DNA of 26,132 bases. It comes from an uncultured bacterium. Lineage in GTDB: Bacteria > CSSED10-310 > CAZUFC01. Positions 9,246-16,006 of this stretch are shown here, in pieces; position 1 is the stretch's first letter; every line of letters starts with the position of its first letter. Position numbers and translations under genes: made by a program. The notes under the pieces were generated by a model. That model was given only the letters and a program-made list of their open reading frames with translations. It was not told the DNA's origin and ran no database searches. The stretch spans positions 1 through 26,132 of the forward strand of contig CAZUFC010000109.1 of NCBI GenBank assembly GCA_964619725.1, given 5' to 3'.

Positions 9246-10502
9246 ATGAAGAACATTTCCTCGCTGTTGCGCTCCATTCCCTGTTACCTTAAGCTTCGTC
9301 GCACCCAGTACCGGCACCCTGAAGCAATCGAACGATTAAGACAAAAAAAAATCGAACGGACCTTAACGGCAGGGCTGCGGATACCTTTTTACAGAAAGCG
9401 GTGGAAGGAAGGGGTTCAACCCGCGGATATACCTGACCTTCCCATAACGAAAAGAGAAGACATCAGTGAATTGAACGAATCAGTCCGGTCGCTTTATCCT
9501 GAAGGAACCGGTTTTCTTGTCGACCGTTCTTCCGGTTCGACGGGGATGCCGGTTGAGTTTATATTCGACGTTTCTCATCAGGCAGAGCGATTCGCCTGCA
9601 GAATCCGGTATTTGAGAGAAAACGGATGGAGTCCGTTCAAGCGCTGCGCCTGGATTATCCCCATACCGAAAAATACGCCCGACGGCAAATTGATACGACT
9701 CAACAAGTTCTGGGGAATGAAATTCCTGTCTCTTTTCAATGATTTCGAATACCAGTTGAACTGGTTGAAACAGATTAATCCCTATACGCTTTACACTCTG
9801 CCTTCCAACCTGGAAGGACTCCTTAACCTCATTGAAAAAACAGGAATAAAATTCCCGCGCCTTCACACTATCTTCACAGGAGGAGAAGTTCTCGAAAAAA
9901 CAGTCAGCGAACGGGCAAGCAAAATGTTGAACGTGCGTATTTCGGATAATTACGGTTCCACGGAAGCTTTCCCCGCCTGGCAATGTCCTGCCGGAAACTA
10001 CCATATAAATTCTGAACACGTCCTTCTGGAAATAGTTGACGAAAACGGAAATAAAGTTAATGCCGGCGAATCCGGAAGAATAATCCTGACGACCCTAGAT
10101 AATTACATCATGCCTCTCATACGTTACCAAATAGGCGATTACGGCATTGCTTCCGATACGGTCTGCTCTTGCGGACGCACTCTTCCGTGTCTGCAAAGCA
10201 TACTGGGCCGTTCCATCGATCTGTTTCGTCTCAAAAACGGTAAAATATTATCACCCTGGGAGATCGTCGTCAGGATAAAGTACAACTCGGCTATAAAGCA
10301 ATTCCAGATCATACAGAATGCTTATGATCGATTCGTTTTCCGGTATAAACCGCAAGATGGAGCCGATTCGTTCGATAAAAATGTGATCAGACGCTGCTTC
10401 ACCGATGTCATTCGATACCCCGTAGACGTTGAATTTCAAAAAGCGGAAAAAATAGACCGTTTGCCGTCAGGAAAATTCAGAACAGCCATATCGAATATCT
10501 GA
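9246..10502 (+). CDS. Phenylacetate-CoA ligase/CapK-family adenylate-forming enzyme
   Basis: LPITKRED, SSGSTGMP P-loop, GGE, DNYGSTE, MPLIRYQIGD, CSCGR, LGRS and SGKFR motifs; starts 14 bp after the decarboxylase. Confidence 0.88.
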   Translation: MKNISSLLRSIPCYLKLRRTQYRHPEAIERLRQKKIERTLTAGLRIPFYRKRWKEGVQPADIPDLPITKREDISELNESVRSLYPEGTGFLVDRSSGSTGMPVEFIFDVSHQAERFACRIRYLRENGWSPFKRCAWIIPIPKNTPDGKLIRLNKFWGMKFLSLFNDFEYQLNWLKQINPYTLYTLPSNLEGLLNLIEKTGIKFPRLHTIFTGGEVLEKTVSERASKMLNVRISDNYGSTEAFPAWQCPAGNYHINSEHVLLEIVDENGNKVNAGESGRIILTTLDNYIMPLIRYQIGDYGIASDTVCSCGRTLPCLQSILGRSIDLFRLKNGKILSPWEIVVRIKYNSAIKQFQIIQNAYDRFVFRYKPQDGADSFDKNVIRRCFTDVIRYPVDVEFQKAEKIDRLPSGKFRTAISNI

Positions 10503-10508
10503 ACGGAT

Positions 10509-13500
10509 TCACAGATGTCCGGCATTGAATCGCCTCCTAAGGATCAAGCTCATCACCATGCCCAGCAAGGAGACGAGGACGACGATACCGCCTGCGCCCA
10601 AAGCCGGTATATAGGCCGGCGTGGATACGGCTGTGGGTGTAGGCGAGTTCGCGGGCGTCGGCGTCATACTCGGCTGGTATGCCGTGTCCACACTCAACCA
10701 GGCCGCATCCAGGAGGGCGCCGTGATGATCAGACCAGGACTCGACGCCTCTGCCTCCGTCCTCCCAATAGATATATCGCAGACCGGGGCCGTAATCGGTG
10801 AAAACGTGCGACAACCGTTTCCAGAAGTTGTACGCAAGCAATTCGTCCGAGTAGTATGAAGCGATGACCTGTCTGCCGGCGTCGCGTAGTTCAACCAGGA
10901 GGTAGTATCGATCATTACATAACGGATTGGCGCCGCGGAACCATTCGTGTGCATGCACGGCGGGCGCTGCGTCCAGTTGGGACGGACTGAAGCCGAGAGC
11001 CGCCAGGTCCACTTCCTGGCTCCTGGTATTCCAGACCTCCGATGTAGCGAAAGCGTGACCGCCCTCGTATATTTCGTCGGTCCGCACGGCCCATCCGGCG
11101 CCTCCGCCTTGCAAGACTGTCCATCCGGTCAGGTCGCCTGTTTCTGCGCCGGGGTTCTCCAGCAAGTTGGCTGTCAACGGAGTCGGCGTACCGGTGGGGG
11201 TCATCGTCGCGGTTATGGTAGGCGTATTCGTCACAGTAGGCGTGTCGGTCGGTTCCGGCGTCATAGTGATTGTCGGCGTCGCTGTCGGCGGCGGTTGCGT
11301 CACGCCCAGCACTCCTACAAAAGCGTGATCGAGTATTGTGCCGATGAAGGCAGCGTATTCGTGTTGTCCATCCATGCCTCCGTCCTCGAAATAAATATAT
11401 CGTAATCCCGGACCATACCCGGAAAGATTGCACGTGTGTACCTCCCACTGGTCATAGACACCCAAAACACCGCTGTCATAAGCGGCGATTGTTGCATGGG
11501 AAGCGTCGCGCAACTCCACCTTCATGTAAAACGTATCCGCTATGTAATCAATCCCGGAGTTTCGAAACCATTCGAATACCGCCACATCCGGCGCGCTGTC
11601 CAACTCTGCAGGGAGGAATCCCATAGCGATCAGGTCGATTTCCTGGCAGCGTCTCAGCCGGTTTGCGGTCGTCTGCACGGCCCACTGACCGTGGTAAGTT
11701 TCAGCATCGTTCATGACGTGCCCCGGACCGCCGCAAGCGTGCAGGATCGTCCATCCCTCGCAATCGCCAGTCTCCATGCTGGGGTTGACCAACAGATTAC
11801 AGGCGTTCGGCGTAGGAGTTAGCGTAGGAGTCGGGCTATTCGGGTCGGGGGATGGGGTGAAGGAGGGTGAGGGCGTCCATACCGGTTGGATATCGGTGCA
11901 GATCCTCAGGGAAGCATCATCAATGAAAGGCGCCGGATAGTAATCGAAAAGGCCGTAATACGCCTCTTCTTCCCAACGGATAAACCTCAAATCGCTCCCA
12001 TAATCAGCGAAAGTATGGCCTACATATTGCCATCCAAGGTACGAAGGCGTGATCTGTCCCGAGTCATAGGAGGTTATGACTTCATTAAACATATCGAGAA
12101 GCTCCACTTTCAGACGAAACCATGCTGTTCTCGGATAATTATTTTTGATCCATTCAGAAACAAGTATATCCGGCGATGCATCCAATTCGGCTGCGTCGTA
12201 ACCGCAAAACAAAAGATTAATGTCTTGGCTGCGCGTGCTTGTTTGGCCCTTCTCATCAAGGTAAAAGCTGTACTGCCCGCTTCGTGCGTTGGAGCTGACG
12301 GCCCACGGTCCCGATTCGATCGTCCAACCGTCTAAATTGCCTTGTTCCGCTCCGGGATTAGTCAGAATATTGATCAGTTGCGGCGTCGCGGAAGGGCTGG
12401 GGGTAGCCGTCGGCTGCGGCGTCGACGTCGGCGCCGGAGTGTCGGTCACGGTAACGGTCGGCGCCGGCGTCGGCGCAACTATATAGAGCCAGGCGTCGTC
12501 GATCTTCACTCCGGCGTAACCCGAATAGTATTCAACATCTCGCCCGGCATCCTCCCAGTAAAGATATCTGAGTCCCTGACCATAATCGGAGAATGAGGCT
12601 GACGTATGCCTCCATTTATTATCGGCGACAAGTTCACCGGTATCATGGGAGGCGATGGCTTCATGAGCCTCGTTCCGAAGCTCGATCCGGAATTTGAAAA
12701 TATCATTGTAGTTCGGGTCGTGACCTCGGTACCATTCCGAGGCTTGTACGATCGGGGCGGAGTCCAGCAAGTCCGGACTATAGCCCATCGCAACCAGGTC
12801 GATCTCCTGGCTGCGCACGCACCAGTCCCACGATGTGATGAACGATCGCCAATCGTGATGAAAGTCTTCACTCGTCGTGGACCATCCGTCTCCGCCCTCC
12901 GCCAAAATATTCCACCCCTCCAGGTTTTGGGTCTCGGCGCTGGGGTTGGTCAATAAATTCTTGAAACTCCAGCGTGAAATAAGCGTGGGCGTCGGGGATG
13001 GTGTTCCGGAGGGCGCTGCCGTCAACGTGGGCGTGGCTGTCGGCGTGACGCTCACATTAATAACCACGTACGCTTCATCAATGATCTCGCCATCCTGACC
13101 GAAAAGCCCTTCCGCAGACTCGCCGCCGTCCTCGAAGTAAATATAGCGGACGCCCGGTCCATAGTCAGTGAAATTATGGGACGTCTGAAGCCATTCTTCG
13201 CTCGCCGTAAGATACCCAGTGCTGAATTCAGCTATCGGCTCGCGATCAGAATCTCGCAGTTGAACGGTCATAAAGAAATTGTCCGCGTAATCAGGCGGAC
13301 GGCCGCGGTACCATTCCGAGACAGATATCACCGGTTCTGCATCGAGTTGTTCGGAGGTAAATCCGAGCGCCGCCAGGTTTATCTCCTGCTTTCGTGCACC
13401 GAAAGTTGTGTGAACAGCAGCGTAAGCGCCCTCATGAGCCGCTTCGTCCGTTATTCCCCAGCGTCCGATGCCGTCGAGGATGTGCCAACCTTCCATGTTG

Positions 13501-15029
13501 CCCCACTCCATACTCGGATTAACAAGTAAGTTAAAATAATCCGGTCCGGTGAGCGGCGTCGGCGTAAACGTATGGGTGGGGGGTAATGTGGGTGAAGGGG
13601 TCGGCGTTGTCCCGACCGGTTCGGCGTCAACAGCCAACCAGGCATCATCCGACTTCGCTCCGTAATAGGAGAATGAACTCTCCTGTCCCTCGCCGCCGTC
13701 CTGGAAGTGAACATACCGCACTCCCGGTCCGTAATCGCTGAAGGTATGCTCCAGTCGAACCCAGGATTCCGTCCCGGTCTGCCAACCGGAATCGTAGACA
13801 TCTATCAGATTGAGGTTGCTGTCGAATAATTCAACCTTTAAAAAGTAACCGTCGTTGTACTCCGGGGCGCTGCCCTTGAACATTTCCGACACATAAATAT
13901 CTGGCGCTGCATCCAGGTCTTCAGGAAGAAAGCCGTAATCGACGAGATCGACAGCTTGAACCCGCCGACAAAACGGGCATGACATGATGAAAGAGTATAT
14001 CCCGGTGTAGGACTCGTCGGTCGTGACGCCCCATCCATCCGGGCCGGCCTCCAGTATCGTCCAGCCTGAAAGATCGCCGAACTCAGCGCCGGGATTCTCA
14101 AGGAGATTGAAGTCGCTCGGTCCCGGGGAAGGCGTATTCGTGACAGTGGGCGTGTTCGTCAGTGAAGGCGTCGGCGTAAGCGTAGGGCTTTGCATAGGCG
14201 TCGGCGTCCGATATGGGTCCAGGATCACGGAACCGTCGTCGATCGCAGCGCCGTGACTGCCGCTGAAGCTTTCAGCAGCCTGTCCGAAATCTTCGAAATA
14301 GATATAACGCAACCCCGGTCCGTATCCGCTGAATTCATGATACGCCTGCGACCAGTTCGCTCCGGTCGTAATAACGCCCGTCGTAAAATCCGCTATGACC
14401 TCGCTCGACGCATCCCGCAACTCAACGCTCAATCGATAAGTGTCGCCTGTGTCGGCGCTCGTCCCTTTATACCACTCCGACACCTCCACGACAGGTTCGG
14501 AATCGAGATACTCTTCGCTGTACCCGGCCGCAAGCAGATCGATTACCTGATGACGGTCACAGGGATTGTATGAGGTCAGAAATGAATATAACCCGCTATG
14601 ATATTCCGAGCCCGTCACGACCCAACCATGACTGGGCGGCCAGGTCGTCCAGCCATCTAGGTTCATCTCCTCCGCGCCGGGGTTAATCAGCAAATTGACG
14701 TTGTGCGGCGTCGGAGTAATGGTCGGCGTCGGTAAAGGCGTCGGCGGCAGTTCGGAACTGAAAGCCAACAAACAGTCGTCGACGCGAACCCCCTTGAGTC
14801 CCTGGCCATACTCGGAATCTGAACTGCTTTCCTCCCAACGGATATACCGCAACCCGCTTCCATAATAGTTAATAACCGTCGCCTCCTGATGCCATTCACC
14901 ACAGGTCAATTGTTCACCGGGATCGAAGACGGCAAGCGACCGGCGTTCGGCATCCAGCAACAAAACCTTCAAGTGATAGTGGTCCCAGACGTTCGACCCC
15001 GTTCCGCAATACCAGGAAGAAATAGCCAC
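10509..15029 (-). CDS. Large surface-anchored protein of tandem FBA-like (F-box-associated sugar-binding) domains with Pro/Thr linkers and IPTL-CTERM-like anchor (main open part; the frame stays open to 15143)
   Basis: Repeating unit NLLxNPxAExGxLxGW...F.TS..C.RxQxIDLxxxGYxxxxLDxxPxIxVSEWY...W....H.F.DYGPGxRYIxFEDGG...G..xDDA matches the recalled FBXO2/FBXO6 pattern (NLLRNPC..E...GW, QVIDL..EGY...LLD, HTF.DYGPGVRF..F.HGG). C-terminus IPALGAGG-TM-RRR. Confidence 0.85.
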   Translation of the reverse strand: MAISSWYCGTGSNVWDHYHLKVLLLDAERRSLAVFDPGEQLTCGEWHQEATVINYYGSGLRYIRWEESSSDSEYGQGLKGVRVDDCLLAFSSELPPTPLPTPTITPTPHNVNLLINPGAEEMNLDGWTTWPPSHGWVVTGSEYHSGLYSFLTSYNPCDRHQVIDLLAAGYSEEYLDSEPVVEVSEWYKGTSADTGDTYRLSVELRDASSEVIADFTTGVITTGANWSQAYHEFSGYGPGLRYIYFEDFGQAAESFSGSHGAAIDDGSVILDPYRTPTPMQSPTLTPTPSLTNTPTVTNTPSPGPSDFNLLENPGAEFGDLSGWTILEAGPDGWGVTTDESYTGIYSFIMSCPFCRRVQAVDLVDYGFLPEDLDAAPDIYVSEMFKGSAPEYNDGYFLKVELFDSNLNLIDVYDSGWQTGTESWVRLEHTFSDYGPGVRYVHFQDGGEGQESSFSYYGAKSDDAWLAVDAEPVGTTPTPSPTLPPTHTFTPTPLTGPDYFNLLVNPSMEWGNMEGWHILDGIGRWGITDEAAHEGAYAAVHTTFGARKQEINLAALGFTSEQLDAEPVISVSEWYRGRPPDYADNFFMTVQLRDSDREPIAEFSTGYLTASEEWLQTSHNFTDYGPGVRYIYFEDGGESAEGLFGQDGEIIDEAYVVINVSVTPTATPTLTAAPSGTPSPTPTLISRWSFKNLLTNPSAETQNLEGWNILAEGGDGWSTTSEDFHHDWRSFITSWDWCVRSQEIDLVAMGYSPDLLDSAPIVQASEWYRGHDPNYNDIFKFRIELRNEAHEAIASHDTGELVADNKWRHTSASFSDYGQGLRYLYWEDAGRDVEYYSGYAGVKIDDAWLYIVAPTPAPTVTVTDTPAPTSTPQPTATPSPSATPQLINILTNPGAEQGNLDGWTIESGPWAVSSNARSGQYSFYLDEKGQTSTRSQDINLLFCGYDAAELDASPDILVSEWIKNNYPRTAWFRLKVELLDMFNEVITSYDSGQITPSYLGWQYVGHTFADYGSDLRFIRWEEEAYYGLFDYYPAPFIDDASLRICTDIQPVWTPSPSFTPSPDPNSPTPTLTPTPNACNLLVNPSMETGDCEGWTILHACGGPGHVMNDAETYHGQWAVQTTANRLRRCQEIDLIAMGFLPAELDSAPDVAVFEWFRNSGIDYIADTFYMKVELRDASHATIAAYDSGVLGVYDQWEVHTCNLSGYGPGLRYIYFEDGGMDGQHEYAAFIGTILDHAFVGVLGVTQPPPTATPTITMTPEPTDTPTVTNTPTITATMTPTGTPTPLTANLLENPGAETGDLTGWTVLQGGGAGWAVRTDEIYEGGHAFATSEVWNTRSQEVDLAALGFSPSQLDAAPAVHAHEWFRGANPLCNDRYYLLVELRDAGRQVIASYYSDELLAYNFWKRLSHVFTDYGPGLRYIYWEDGGRGVESWSDHHGALLDAAWLSVDTAYQPSMTPTPANSPTPTAVSTPAYIPALGAGGIVVLVSLLGMVMSLILRRRFNAGHL

Positions 15030-15143
15030 GGGCGGTGAGGAATCCAGATAAGCGGGATCGTAACCGAGAGCGATCAGGTCGATCTCCTGGGCTCGTTCGC
15101 AATAGATTGAATCGATGAAAGACCATTGACCGGACCGAGGTTC

Positions 15144-15338
15144 CTAGTCCGTTACCCAGCAACCCTCACTTTTACACCAGATAAGGTCCCAGCCGTCGAC
15201 ATTCCCTGTCTCCGCATCCGGGTTGACCAGTAAATTGGTCAAGGGCGTCGGAGTGGCCAGGCATTGGGTCTCAGCTTGAACGCAAACGTCGGCAGTCGTC
15301 GCCGATGCTGCGAAAAACAGAGCGAAAATAAAAAACAT
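15144..15338 (-). CDS. N-terminal segment (signal peptide + start of FBA repeat 1) of the same gene, separated only by an in-frame TAG
   Basis: MFFIFALFFAASATTA signal-like sequence, then NLLVNPDAETGNVDGW...CWVTD-TAG-EPRSGQWSFIDSIYCERAQEIDLIALGYDPAYLDSSPP, continuing in frame into 15029. Confidence 0.8.
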   Translation of the reverse strand: MFFIFALFFAASATTADVCVQAETQCLATPTPLTNLLVNPDAETGNVDGWDLIWCKSEGCWVTD

Positions 15339-16006
15339 CTTAAAATGAATTCAACATCTTCATCGCTAAACCGATAAAACATTGAGCTTCGTGTATCGCT
15401 CATACCGTCACCTCTTATACTAATGATTCAAACCATGCTCCCGCTCTTTGGGCGTAGTGCGTTTTCGACCCAGAGTCAAAAGCAATTATGTTATGTAAAA
15501 AGACGATTTTTTATTTTCATAACGCCGTGATGTCGTCAACCCACGCGTAGATGATGTAATACGACACACCCTGGCCGGCTTTATTTTTGCCGATTTACGG
15601 AGAGAGTAATCCTGATGAAATACAAAATTATCAAGCCGGCAGTATGGGGTCGCGATAAGGGTCCTGTCGCCGCAAAAACATGCGCAAGCCATTCTTACCC
15701 GCCACCGGAGAACCGACCATAACGGCAGCAGCCGTTGACCGGTTGACAGGAATACCAATTTCATGCTGTTTCTCCTCATTCCTTGAAAAGGCGTGCATCA
15801 AACACCCATTTGAGTCTTTTTTACATAAAATATACGTTTTGTCAAATTTGTGACCAATCATTGTGTTTTATCTGATGATTTTAATTCAGATGTATCGTTT
15901 GCCCGCGGCGGCCGAATTTCGAGCCGTTCAAGAATGCGTTGTATGTCTTCCTTTTGATTGCGAAGGACGCTGACGTCCTCATTCCAGCGTCATCCACTGA
16001 TTTTTA

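Noticed and set aside
10600-15260. Recurring GGCGTCGGCGT-type DNA repeats as a possible CRISPR array
   Set aside because: They encode Pro/Thr linkers in frame, are irregularly spaced, and no cas genes are present.
10509-15338. Diversity-generating retroelement as the source of FBA loop variation
   Set aside because: No reverse transcriptase and no near-identical template/variable repeat pair differing only at adenines; the repeats are diverged throughout.
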